A stretch of 64,000 bases of DNA from the IMG/VR virus record IMGVR_UViG_3300033821_000010; one strand, given 5' to 3'. This document shows, piece by piece, positions 47,433 to 56,418 of this stretch (the stretch's first letter is position 1; each line of letters begins with the position of its first letter). Source of the DNA: an uncultured virus (IMG/VR IMGVR_UViG_3300033821_000010). Lineage: Duplodnaviria > Heunggongvirae > Uroviricota > Caudoviricetes. Under the pieces are notes generated by a model. That model was not told where the DNA came from and ran no database searches. It was given only the letters and a program-made list of their open reading frames with translations. The translations under genes were made by a program, and so were the position numbers.

Positions 47433-47969
47433 TTACTTCATGGACGACATAAATTTCTTAGCCCACGCAGCAGAAACACCGGCTTTCATCAGCTTAGCAG
47501 CATCCTCTGGCTTCACACCAGCCTTGGCGTAATCAGCCATAGCCGCAATCGTGGTGCTGTTAAAAGCAACTTTGGTGTTAGAGACGGTAGGAACAGTTGG
47601 ATTGGCTGTCTTAATAAAGAAGTTTGCGCCTTTCAATTCAAATTCTTCAAAGTCAGCGATGATTTCTTCTTTTGTAGTATAATTTTTGGTATTCAGTTTT
47701 GCTTCAACATACTTCATAAAATTAAGGACCAAATTGCGTTGTTCGTCGGTTCTAAGAAACTTGTAAGAGGATACTCGTCTTTTCTCTTTCCGCTTTTGCC
47801 ATTCGTGATATCCTAAACCAGTAGGAGCACGATGAGCTTGTTCGTGTAGTTTAGCATATTCATTATCGGCAAAACTGAAAGCAAAATCGAGAGAAGCTAA
47901 TTTCTGTTTGATGTGAAACCAAGTCTGCTTAATTTTCTCATTGATAACGTCTGCTTGTGATAGTGCCAT
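47433..47969 (-). CDS. Hypothetical protein
   Basis: Start MALSQ after GGAGAGG. Confidence 0.65.
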   Translation of the reverse strand: MALSQADVINEKIKQTWFHIKQKLASLDFAFSFADNEYAKLHEQAHRAPTGLGYHEWQKRKEKRRVSSYKFLRTDEQRNLVLNFMKYVEAKLNTKNYTTKEEIIADFEEFELKGANFFIKTANPTVPTVSNTKVAFNSTTIAAMADYAKAGVKPEDAAKLMKAGVSAAWAKKFMSSMK

Positions 47970-48034
47970 GATATTGTCCTCTCCATTCAAAGAGTGAGTT
48001 TTTGCTTCCCCAACACCAAAACCATTATACAACT

Positions 48035-48628
48035 CTAGCGTTCTGTTTTTTCTTCTACACACACAATATGTTCAACAAGATACGGGCAACTTTCTGGTGG
48101 TGAATTGTGAATGTTAATATCACCACCCCAAAGACCAGCACCGGGGCAATACAGCTTCCCTTCCAATTGCCATTTTTGTTCTAGCTGTAATTCTATATTG
48201 CCGGGGTCACAATCTTCGATATACTTCTTGTGGCACTTCAAACAAACATCTTTTGTCAGTCTTCTATCATTTAAAATGACTTTCTCTTTTGAAGACAAAT
48301 CGGGTATAGTCTTCAAACGCGCCATAATTTCTTCCATCGTACCAATGAAAACAACATATTCTGGATATCCACCGTTATAAACACCATCTTCCCATTCCAC
48401 CGCATGAATTTCTTTGCCATGACTTTTTAAGCCAAACTCATAGCCTATTTTGAATTTGTCAAGGTCAAGATTGTCTTCTTGAAAACGTAAATCTGCCATG
48501 AGATAAAGGGCATGTTCTATTTCTTGAAGGTTTACGATTTCAGTCTCAGTCCTGCCAAAACTATTTTGCCCATGAAGCCGTTTTATGTCAATGTACTCTT
48601 GTAGCTCTGTGTCAATTGTAAATTGCAT
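48035..48628 (-). CDS. Hypothetical protein with C-terminal CxxC...C...PPxxCPYxxEH domain
   Basis: VCLKCH...YCPG...SPPESCPYLVEH. Confidence 0.65.
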   Translation of the reverse strand: MQFTIDTELQEYIDIKRLHGQNSFGRTETEIVNLQEIEHALYLMADLRFQEDNLDLDKFKIGYEFGLKSHGKEIHAVEWEDGVYNGGYPEYVVFIGTMEEIMARLKTIPDLSSKEKVILNDRRLTKDVCLKCHKKYIEDCDPGNIELQLEQKWQLEGKLYCPGAGLWGGDINIHNSPPESCPYLVEHIVCVEEKTER

Positions 48629-49480
48629 TTACAAGTCTCCGTATATATTATTCCATTCCTCAATTGCCAATTCGGTGAAAGTATCAACCACTTTTTCCAA
48701 ATCACAAGCATACAAGCCAGCACAATTAGCGCCGCCTATTTCCAACAAAGAAAATCCTTCTGTTGTTTCGGCAACATCCATCACGTAAATTGTATCCGGT
48801 TGCCAACTATCTTTAGCAACAGAACTTGCAAACTCTAAAGCTTTCGGGTCTGTCTCAGGAAGCACACATGATTGGCCATCTTGTTTATAGAGACTGCCGG
48901 TTATGATTTGCTTTTTACAGACCAAAAAGCGCCATTCTCTTTTGATGTTGCGCGGTCTAGCCACAACGACAAAGAGCGTAGGTTCGATGTTGTAGCAATC
49001 CAATTCCTGTTTATACCAATGCTCAAATTCGTCTCTAGCCACAACTTTGCCGGTGAAGGTCTTAAAATTGTTGTCTGGACGAATGAAAATACAATCTGAC
49101 TCGCCATAGTTTTTGTAGAGAGAATTCGCCTGTCGTTTCAATTCTGCAAAAGTGATGAAACAGTAGTTTTGCTGAAAGATATGTTTACCCCAAAATGAAT
49201 AGTAATGAGAACAGCGCAAGGTATCAGCATTAAGCCATGCCATAGGAATGGAGTTACAGTTTTTCAAAGCAAAGCGAATGAAGTTTATTGAGCCATAGAG
49301 AATTTTGCAATCATCGTTTTTCTTGCTTAAAGATGGGTCTTGTGACATGCCGCCGAAAGGCACGTAATCAATCCACTGACAAGACATTCCCTTGGCCTTG
49401 ATGATTTCGGCCATCTTTTCTGGATTACCTTCATCAAACGTGTCACGCTCAAGAACCCATTTTACGTCAGATTTTTCCAT
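48629..49480 (-). CDS. ATP-grasp domain protein (DUF4343/R2K-like)
   Basis: LYGSI, IFIRPDNNFKTFTG, REWRF, YVMDVA, LLEIG..NCAGLY; likely start MEKSD after the tRNA. Confidence 0.8.
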   Translation of the reverse strand: MEKSDVKWVLERDTFDEGNPEKMAEIIKAKGMSCQWIDYVPFGGMSQDPSLSKKNDDCKILYGSINFIRFALKNCNSIPMAWLNADTLRCSHYYSFWGKHIFQQNYCFITFAELKRQANSLYKNYGESDCIFIRPDNNFKTFTGKVVARDEFEHWYKQELDCYNIEPTLFVVVARPRNIKREWRFLVCKKQIITGSLYKQDGQSCVLPETDPKALEFASSVAKDSWQPDTIYVMDVAETTEGFSLLEIGGANCAGLYACDLEKVVDTFTELAIEEWNNIYGDL

Positions 49481-49494
49481 TGGTCCAAACCTTT

Positions 49495-49571
49495 TGGTAG
49501 CGGGGATGGGATTCGAACCCACACTTGAATGATTTTAAGTCATTTTTCTCTGCCAGTTGGAATACCCCGCC
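49495..49571 (-). tRNA. trnL: tRNA-Leu (anticodon UAA), short variable loop, encoded CCA
   Basis: GGCGGGG...AATGA-CTTAAAA-TCATT-CAAGT-GTGGG-TTCGAAT-CCCAT-CCCCGCT-A-CCA, 77 nt. Confidence 0.9.
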
Positions 49572-49572
49572 A

Positions 49573-49746
49573 TTATTTATCTTTCCAATCGTTTAAGCGC
49601 ATCTTATTATTTAAGTCTTCATCGCTTAATTTATTAACTTGTTCATTAAACTTTCGTAAACGCTTTTCTCTTTGACGGTCTTGATATGTTTCTTCTCCAC
49701 ATCCTAAGAGAAAAAGCGGCAAAAGAAAAATGAAGAACCTACGCAT
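49573..49746 (-). CDS. Small lipoprotein (57 aa, not in ORF track)
   Basis: MRRFFIFLLPLFLLG-C lipobox; AAGGAAG upstream. Confidence 0.6.
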   Translation of the reverse strand: MRRFFIFLLPLFLLGCGEETYQDRQREKRLRKFNEQVNKLSDEDLNNKMRLNDWKDK

Positions 49747-49747
49747 T

Positions 49748-49972
49748 CTACGCTTCCTTTTCTAAAGACGCTAGAGCCTCTTCTACGCCTTTTGGGTCAT
49801 TGGTGTAATACTTCTGATTTTTCAACATCTTGCGAACGTATGGCTTACTCAAAAGTATAGCCATAGTTTCAATATCGGCTTGACTCAAAACTTCAGTCTG
49901 CCAATAGAGAATGTAAAGCTCTTGTAATTTAGCAAGAGCGTCTTTGAAGTCTTTGCGCTGTGATTTGGTCAT
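49748..49972 (-). CDS. Hypothetical protein
   Basis: 74 aa, ATGA-coupled to the upstream gene. Confidence 0.55.
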   Translation of the reverse strand: MTKSQRKDFKDALAKLQELYILYWQTEVLSQADIETMAILLSKPYVRKMLKNQKYYTNDPKGVEEALASLEKEA

Positions 49973-50496
49973 TTGCTTTGTTCGATTTCCAATTTCTCTA
50001 ATTTAAACGGACTGACAACAATACGTGGTTCAATGTAAACAGGCTTGACATCTTTACTATTCGGGTCTTTAAGAAGTACCCATGTGCCTTCAGCAGATGA
50101 AGGAGAAAACAATCCATTTGGGTCTGCTTGAGGAAGTGTACCATGCATACCACCTCCACGACTACTATATTCAAACTTTTGTGGATTCGTATATTGAGTA
50201 GCACAAGGGATTCCGTAACCGATTGACTCTCCCAAAAAGATTAGTTTGCCGGTCATTTCAGAATAGAGATAGGTATACGTTACCAAACCATCTTGGTCAC
50301 GAAGTTCAAGAATTTCTTTAAGAAGCTTTTTCTCTCGGAAATTTTTGATTGCTGGCATCCCGATTCCAGCCGTGCCTTCCATCAAAATCTTTTCTTGCTG
50401 TTGGCGTTGAATGTCATCGGAAGTTGGGTCACCACAAGCAACTATTACGAACAAACAAATCACAACACATACCACCAATTTTCCAATTTGTTTCAT
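49969..50496 (-). CDS. Putative lipoprotein (conserved phage type)
   Basis: Signal peptide ending VIVA-C; 'SIGYGIPCATQYTNP...PQADPNGLF...EGTW...YIEP'. Confidence 0.7.
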   Translation of the reverse strand: MKQIGKLVVCVVICLFVIVACGDPTSDDIQRQQQEKILMEGTAGIGMPAIKNFREKKLLKEILELRDQDGLVTYTYLYSEMTGKLIFLGESIGYGIPCATQYTNPQKFEYSSRGGGMHGTLPQADPNGLFSPSSAEGTWVLLKDPNSKDVKPVYIEPRIVVSPFKLEKLEIEQSK

Positions 50497-50506
50497 GCTT
50501 CTCTCC

Positions 50507-50890
50507 TTAGTTGGTCTTCTCTACCTTCAACCTTTCGGCTTTGAGTTTCTTAATGAAATCACGAAGGTCATCCGGCAACTTCTCCAAATCGTAATCAGCC
50601 GTCCTATGCAGAACGATAGAGGCTAAGGCGTCTTTATGCTCTGGCTTAGCCTTGATATATTCAAACATCATGTTCTGTAATTCTTGTTTCATGCCTTCGT
50701 TATAGGCTTTGCTCTGCTCAAAAGTTTCGCGTCTGGCTTGCTCATACTTCGGGGCAAAAAACTTGTACATGAAAAAGTCATTGCCTTGAATCACCCAAAT
50801 TACCATAAATAGGCACACTATCCCGCCAATGACAAAACAAACAGATTTGGCGAAATCACTCATTCCGGCATAAGGGCTATCATTACTCAC
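50507..50890 (-). CDS. Single-pass membrane protein
   Basis: N-terminal TM helix, 'RRETFEQSKAYNEG'. Confidence 0.65.
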   Translation of the reverse strand: MSNDSPYAGMSDFAKSVCFVIGGIVCLFMVIWVIQGNDFFMYKFFAPKYEQARRETFEQSKAYNEGMKQELQNMMFEYIKAKPEHKDALASIVLHRTADYDLEKLPDDLRDFIKKLKAERLKVEKTN

Positions 50891-51090
50891 GGCTTCAGTC
50901 TCCTTTTTATTGCATAACCACCATCTTTAGATTTGTGAGCTACAACAAATCCTAATGAGCGCATGGCTTGTCGCATCTGAGCCAAAGTGCGCACCGGAAC
51001 TTCTTCATGCGTACCGTCAGAATTGGTTAGGACATACCCACATTCGTCTTTGAATGTGAATATAGGCTCAATTACTGCTTCTTTTCGCAT
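50887..51090 (-). CDS. Hypothetical protein
   Basis: 67 aa, coupled to neighbours. Confidence 0.5.
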   Translation of the reverse strand: MRKEAVIEPIFTFKDECGYVLTNSDGTHEEVPVRTLAQMRQAMRSLGFVVAHKSKDGGYAIKRRLKP

Positions 51091-51566
51091 TCTTCGTCAC
51101 AATCACCTTTACTACAACCACCACAACCACCATGTGCAGCCATTGCAGCTTCGCGCATTTCGACCATTTCTTTAAGCTTCTTAACTATTTCTGCAAGCTT
51201 ACCGAACATTGGCGTAGGCATTTCATCACGTGGAGAAACCCACTTCCATTCCTCACACCTATCAGGCTCTTTGTTAACAAGAGTACCACCAGCCAAACGA
51301 GACATAAAATAGAGCGTCACGTAATGTTTATCGTCTGCCGGGAAGATGTCGTTGGTAAAGGTAAATTGCCCGATATGGTCAATATCAAGGTCAGTTTCTT
51401 CTTTGACTTCTCGCACACAACAGACTTCAAACTCTTCGCCACCTTCCTGATGACCACCTGGAAGGCTCCACATACCAGCAGCATGTGCACCTTTACGCTT
51501 ACCAACAAGGAATTCGTTTTTCTCATTCCAAACAAAAACTCCTACACCTACCGATGGCCTATTCAT
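51072..51566 (-). CDS. NUDIX hydrolase (NUDT15/MutT-like)
   Basis: PGGHQEGGEEFEVCCVREVKEETDL Nudix box; RPSVGVGV, HYVTLY, EPDRCEEWKW. Confidence 0.9.
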   Translation of the reverse strand: MNRPSVGVGVFVWNEKNEFLVGKRKGAHAAGMWSLPGGHQEGGEEFEVCCVREVKEETDLDIDHIGQFTFTNDIFPADDKHYVTLYFMSRLAGGTLVNKEPDRCEEWKWVSPRDEMPTPMFGKLAEIVKKLKEMVEMREAAMAAHGGCGGCSKGDCDEECEKKQ

Positions 51567-51666
51567 GTTCCTTCCTTTCTGTTTTAACCTTGCCAAACCA
51601 CACCATTGTATCGTCAAACTAACCGATTTTTCTTATTTCAACTCAAGCAAATCCATTCAAGGATTG

Positions 51667-52824
51667 CTAAACCCCGTATTTATCTTTCAGTTCTCGCATA
51701 TAATCGGTAAGCATCGTCAACTCCAACTCACCGACACAACGCTTTTGAACCCACTCAGGCGCTTCATCTTCGTAATTGCCGGTTTTGCTAGGCGGCATAC
51801 TCTTGAATTCGATAAGATGGTTGTCCTTCAAAAAGCCTTCCAAACCCCACACCATCTTTTCAATGATTGCGGGAGAGTATTCCTTGGCCAGTCCGTATTC
51901 GGCACGCTTCTTTGTGGCTTTGGAACTGCCCTTCAGCGTCTTGATAACTGAAGTATTAGCATGACCGGGGGGCAATGTGAGTAGAAGATTCACTGCCGCT
52001 GCCACAATCTCAAAGTCTTTCTTCGTAGGAACGCGGTTAAAATTGCGCCTTGTGAAGTTGATGAATTTCAAGTCCTTTTCATCGGTGACTTTATAGGGCA
52101 AATCTTCGCTCTTATAAAAGGGAGTTGCCTTGAAGATAGAGTAATCATCTGTCGTTAATTCTACAGTAAGATTCGGGTCAAAAGTGAACTTGTAGGTGTA
52201 ATTATAGCCATTCTTTGAGACGCGCTTCCAACAATCAGGACAACGCAACCGATTATAGGTATCATCCTTATCAACGTGCGAAGGGAGCATGGCAAACAAA
52301 GCTTTGAGTTTCTCTTCTGTGCCGCCGATTGCAGGAGGAAGCCAACGAGCAATCTGTTTGGCATCCAGTTTATCCGGTTCAATCAATTCACCATGTTCTT
52401 TGGTGTGTTTCGGAATGTCACGGTTGTAGATGAACCCAAAGCGAATCAAATCAGCGGTTTTGACACCATGCTCTTCATGCAATTCTTTCGGTTCTTTATA
52501 ATGTTCTTTATAATCCCTGTTAGAACTTGAATAGAAAACGCCAATCATCGGTGCAGGCATATTAGGTCTATCAGAAAAAGAGTCATTGTTTTTCTTTGCG
52601 CGTTGCCACGTCCAACTGATTTTGTCAAGCCATTTATCAAGCATTGTGTATTCTGCTTTGCTGGCGGTCTGTCGAATGGTATGGTGCTTATCCCACCATT
52701 CCTTTGGAACAAACGTAGCCCAAAGCCAACAAGGGCCATTATCCCAACCAGCACGAATAGCACCGGGATGATTCACTTCACAGCAAACATACCAATCTTC
52801 TGGCTTAAGATATTCTTTTTCCAT
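51667..52824 (-). CDS. Hypothetical protein
   Basis: 385-aa ORF; no motif recognised. Confidence 0.65.
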   Translation of the reverse strand: MEKEYLKPEDWYVCCEVNHPGAIRAGWDNGPCWLWATFVPKEWWDKHHTIRQTASKAEYTMLDKWLDKISWTWQRAKKNNDSFSDRPNMPAPMIGVFYSSSNRDYKEHYKEPKELHEEHGVKTADLIRFGFIYNRDIPKHTKEHGELIEPDKLDAKQIARWLPPAIGGTEEKLKALFAMLPSHVDKDDTYNRLRCPDCWKRVSKNGYNYTYKFTFDPNLTVELTTDDYSIFKATPFYKSEDLPYKVTDEKDLKFINFTRRNFNRVPTKKDFEIVAAAVNLLLTLPPGHANTSVIKTLKGSSKATKKRAEYGLAKEYSPAIIEKMVWGLEGFLKDNHLIEFKSMPPSKTGNYEDEAPEWVQKRCVGELELTMLTDYMRELKDKYGV

Positions 52825-52842
52825 TATTGACCCTTTCTAGCC

Positions 52843-53199
52843 TTAATCTCCCAATTCTGATTCAAGTGCCCGATGGTATTCAACGTTTATGATGTTGTTG
52901 CTGTAACCGCGAACAAAAACTTCTTCTTCAGGAGTCAATTTGAATGCGGTCAGGTCCATTTTTTCTATTTTTTCAGAGGCTTGCTTTTTGAACATCATCA
53001 AGACTTTATCACGCAAGGATTTCTTATGAATGTAGCGGCAACAGTCACGAAACAGAGTTACAAGAGGAACAATGGCCTTGCTGGTTTTGCGTATTAGACC
53101 GGGTTCGTTCTTCTTATCGAGCAATTCATCAAGAAGTTTGCCAGCTTTACAGCCGCCAAAAGTACCTCTAAATGTCTTACCGATATAAGGTGCGCTCAT
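52843..53199 (-). CDS. Hypothetical protein
   Basis: 118-aa ORF. Confidence 0.55.
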   Translation of the reverse strand: MSAPYIGKTFRGTFGGCKAGKLLDELLDKKNEPGLIRKTSKAIVPLVTLFRDCCRYIHKKSLRDKVLMMFKKQASEKIEKMDLTAFKLTPEEEVFVRGYSNNIINVEYHRALESELGD

Positions 53200-53279
53200 T
53201 TCGCTCTGCCTCTAAATGCCGTCTTAAACTTCTTCACGAACATTGTATCGTCAAAAGAGCAAATGTTTTTAGCGGAAAA

Positions 53280-53624
53280 TTATTTCTTAAAAACTCCTTC
53301 GTGCTTCTCTTTGGCCAGCTTGCGCTTTTCTTCTTTTGTTAAGAATTGAGTAGGATTCAATGGTTCAAAATTATATCTAACCGTTCCTTCATCCTTCCAA
53401 AGAATATCCAAATGAAAATACTCACGCAATTTTTTTCCTTCATCAAGTATGATTTCTTGTTTCACGCCTGTTACTTCGGTCCACTTGGCAAAACTCAAGC
53501 GGGCACAATTAATGCTTATCTCAGTAATAACACCATGTAATCCATAATAGGCCAAGTTGTCGTCTGGTTCTGGAATTTTTGCAATACAGACTTTATCTCC
53601 CACTTTCAGAGTGTTTTTCTTCAT
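53280..53624 (-). CDS. Hypothetical protein (SH3/KOW-like start LKVGDKV)
   Basis: 114 aa, GAGG RBS. Confidence 0.55.
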   Translation of the reverse strand: MKKNTLKVGDKVCIAKIPEPDDNLAYYGLHGVITEISINCARLSFAKWTEVTGVKQEIILDEGKKLREYFHLDILWKDEGTVRYNFEPLNPTQFLTKEEKRKLAKEKHEGVFKK

Positions 53625-53653
53625 TCTATCCTCTTATGTTGAGATGATTTTGA

Positions 53654-54190
53654 CTACCCGTTGTACTCGTAATCCACAAAATTCGTTACTTCTCTGTACT
53701 TAACTTCAGCGCCCTGTTCCACATAATAGGCTCTGTTTTTGAACTTGTTTAAGCAGTCATCGCAAACGACAATGTGCAAAGTCTTTTTGCCTGTCATTGG
53801 GTCAAAAACAGTGCTGCCATAATTACCACTGCTGCGGAAATAAGTGCCGTTAGATGGTGGCAAAAGAGGAATTTCATGCGGGTCAAAGGCGCACGATTCA
53901 TCACAAGACGGTTTCATAGCCTTGCCACAAACGAAACACACCCGTTCATATTTCGTAGGAAGTCCAGAATCAACAATCAGTTTATCCACACCCAATTCAA
54001 CAAAGAGTTTTTCGATGAACTCGGCTTGCTCTTTCGTGCCAGTATTTTGCCGTACTTCTAATGTCGTTTCAAACTCTTTTTCTGTCAACAATCGTGGCAG
54101 TTTGAATTGCTCACGGAAATAGGCAATCCATCTTGCGTCTGAGGATTGCTTCTCTGTTGCCATATAACGTTCTTCTGTTGCATCGCTCAT
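53654..54190 (-). CDS. Hypothetical zinc-binding protein
   Basis: Start MSDAT after GGAG; CFVCG...GNYGSTVFDP...VCDDC. Confidence 0.65.
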   Translation of the reverse strand: MSDATEERYMATEKQSSDARWIAYFREQFKLPRLLTEKEFETTLEVRQNTGTKEQAEFIEKLFVELGVDKLIVDSGLPTKYERVCFVCGKAMKPSCDESCAFDPHEIPLLPPSNGTYFRSSGNYGSTVFDPMTGKKTLHIVVCDDCLNKFKNRAYYVEQGAEVKYREVTNFVDYEYNG

Positions 54191-54209
54191 GACTATTCTC
54201 CATGCTTCT

Positions 54210-54455
54210 TTAATACAGCGCCAGCAGCTTTTGTTTGGTAATGTCCCGAATGTATGGTTTTTCATCCTTACATTCCTCAAAAAACCACTCTGGACCTTGT
54301 TGTTGAATGAAGTGCAATGCTTCTTTTTGAGCAGTTTTTTCAGTGCTTTTGTCATTCAAAAGCAATATAACAGTCCTATCGAATTTGGGAGGGTGCTGTG
54401 ACGAAAGAAAGTTTTTTCTGCACCGGCCTTCGTATTTAACTTTCCAAATTTTCAT
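54210..54455 (-). CDS. Hypothetical protein
   Basis: Likely start MKIWKV at 54455; TATAAT at 54487-54492 upstream. Confidence 0.5.
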   Translation of the reverse strand: MKIWKVKYEGRCRKNFLSSQHPPKFDRTVILLLNDKSTEKTAQKEALHFIQQQGPEWFFEECKDEKPYIRDITKQKLLALY

Positions 54456-54520
54456 ATGTCCAAAACCCCTTGGCTTCTCACACCACATTATACAGCCAAA
54501 GGGTTGGATTTCAGAAAAAA

Positions 54521-54910
54521 TTATTCGATTACAGAACCCAAAGTCAGATGCAGCGGATAGAACGGGTCTGGCAATCCATAACGCTTCCGTATTGCCAAAA
54601 GGTCATGCGAAAAGACCGTAAACCAAAAATGATTTCCATTCGTTTGGATTTCAGGGTTATAATCAAAACGTACCCGCAAACCTTCATCACCCTTCCACAG
54701 TTCCTTGTTTTGGACAGACTCATTACGGATAACGCTTATGTGAGTACCCCACGCTGGCCGATGAATCTTCGTACCGTTCCGCTTGTAGAGCATGTGGGCA
54801 TAGTAGTAGGAAATGCCGTCATCGCACTTTACGACAAGCCAATAAGGCTCTTTGACCTTTTGGCCGTCCATTGTAGGGCCATAAACCAGTTTGCCGTAAG
54901 ATGTAAACAC
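54521..54910 (-). CDS. 2H phosphoesterase-family protein
   Basis: Two H-x-S/T-hydrophobic motifs: GTHISV and PLHLTL. Confidence 0.65.
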   Translation of the reverse strand: MFTSYGKLVYGPTMDGQKVKEPYWLVVKCDDGISYYYAHMLYKRNGTKIHRPAWGTHISVIRNESVQNKELWKGDEGLRVRFDYNPEIQTNGNHFWFTVFSHDLLAIRKRYGLPDPFYPLHLTLGSVIE

Positions 54911-54990
54911 AGACTATCCTCAGTTTTCCCTCTTTATATATCGTCAAAGCTGAGGAATTTTATTACCAAATCTTCTAAATGCTTACAAGT

Positions 54991-55275
54991 TCACTTGTTA
55001 GAACGTTTTTTAACAGGCTTTTTGTAGATGGTATGCTCCAAAATGTAAGGACAAGCATCGGGTGGTGGGCCATCTTCATCGAATGGGCGTTCTAAATCAC
55101 AGTATTGAAATTGCCAGTCTTTGGTTTTGATGCCTTCAAAAAGCTCACTCCAATCTTTTTTACCTATTTCGCTCATAAAGACATCACCACCAAGCCTATA
55201 TGAATAGGTGGTAATGTCTTTCTCTTTTTTCTGCCGTTCTCTCCAACACTTCTTACAAATTTTCATGTTTTTCAT
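54991..55275 (-). CDS. Small Cys-motif protein
   Basis: ICKKCW...YCD...PPPDACPYILEH. Confidence 0.6.
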   Translation of the reverse strand: MKNMKICKKCWRERQKKEKDITTYSYRLGGDVFMSEIGKKDWSELFEGIKTKDWQFQYCDLERPFDEDGPPPDACPYILEHTIYKKPVKKRSNK

Positions 55276-55281
55276 GGCAAT

Positions 55282-55614
55282 TTATTTTCCAATAACGTCT
55301 CTTGCAATACCCCATATCCATTGCAAACCAGTAGAAATTTGACCGCGAATAGTTGTTTCTCTTATTTCGCCCCTATTATAAGTCGTGCCGCGAATATTGG
55401 CTGGTGGAATTTCTTCACCAATAGTAGCATAAGCTGGCGGGGTTTCAGGTTCCGGTGGTTGTGGCTCACGTATATCAAGAGGATTTGACGAAAAAAGTGA
55501 TGCTAAAAATGATACTTTTTTAACGGACGCAGTAGTAGGAATTGGTGCCTGTGCTTCGGCAGTATATGCGTTACAAGCCACAATCAACGTTAATACAAAA
55601 AACAGTTTATTCAT
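55282..55614 (-). CDS. Putative exported protein
   Basis: GGAGGGAG RBS, N-terminal signal-like MNKLFFVLTLIVAC. Confidence 0.55.
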   Translation of the reverse strand: MNKLFFVLTLIVACNAYTAEAQAPIPTTASVKKVSFLASLFSSNPLDIREPQPPEPETPPAYATIGEEIPPANIRGTTYNRGEIRETTIRGQISTGLQWIWGIARDVIGK

Positions 55615-55660
55615 CACTCCCTCCAAGTTGAAGTTTAGTTGCAAAATGTAAAGGCCGCTT

Positions 55661-55936
55661 TTATTCTAGACCGGCATCTACCGTCTTTGCTTTTTTCGAC
55701 GCTCTTTTGGACTGCTTTTTGATTGGTTTGTTTTCTGATTCGTTCATGTTTACTGGTGTTCTTTCAGAATCAAAACGGGGGGCAATGATTATGACTTCTT
55801 GTGAAGAAGAGCCTTTAATCTCTTTTTCAGCAGCCATCCAAAATTCTTGGTCACGTCCATGTTGGCTACCATTGCTCTGCCAAAGTTCATAGGCACGTTT
55901 TTCGATTGCCTGTTGTGTCTCTTGCTCGCTTGCCAT
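55661..55936 (-). CDS. DUF2934 domain protein
   Basis: IEKRAYELWQSNG..HGRDQEFWMAAEKEI. Confidence 0.8.
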   Translation of the reverse strand: MASEQETQQAIEKRAYELWQSNGSQHGRDQEFWMAAEKEIKGSSSQEVIIIAPRFDSERTPVNMNESENKPIKKQSKRASKKAKTVDAGLE

Positions 55937-56055
55937 TGTCGTGCTCCTTTATTTTTACTCCATTTAACTATAATCGTCTTTCCCATTGAAAGGCGTTTAC
56001 TTTTGACAGTGTATACCAATCAAGCTGTCATTTCCTTAAAAATCTGAAAAACATT

Positions 56056-56134
56056 TGGCATCTCCGGTTGGATTTGAACCAACGACCTCCGAATTAGAAG
56101 TTCGGTACTCTTATCCAGGCTGAGTTACGGAGAC
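56056..56134 (-). tRNA. trnR: tRNA-Arg (anticodon UCU), encoded CCA
   Basis: GTCTCCG...CCGAA-CTTCTAA-TTCGG-AGGTC-GTTGG-TTCAAAT-CCAAC-CGGAGAT-G-CCA, 79 nt. Confidence 0.92.
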
Positions 56135-56139
56135 ACATT

Positions 56140-56400
56140 TCACTTCTCCTGATTTACAACTTGCTCCAATCTGTATTCACAATCTGACGGAATTACAAAA
56201 TCATCATTGAAATCCAAAATCACTTTATTCCCGTCTTCAAATCGCATAGTAGCCATCAACACATGTCTATAATGTTTATTCCAATCTCCGCTACATGTCA
56301 ACTCTTGTTTTGAACTTTTTACTTCATTTGTCAGAATATCATGGTCACCCATAATTTCAAATTTGTAACATCGTGAACACGCCTTTAAATTCGCTTTCAT
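56140..56400 (-). CDS. Small Cys-motif protein
   Basis: ACSRCY...TCSG...IPSDCEYRLEQ. Confidence 0.55.
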   Translation of the reverse strand: MKANLKACSRCYKFEIMGDHDILTNEVKSSKQELTCSGDWNKHYRHVLMATMRFEDGNKVILDFNDDFVIPSDCEYRLEQVVNQEK

Positions 56401-56418
56401 GCAACCATTATACACCAT

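Noticed and set aside
49481..49522. N-terminal extension MGSNPIPATKR of the ATP-grasp ORF
   Set aside because: It is the translated T-arm and acceptor stem of tRNA-Leu; the real start is more likely 49480.
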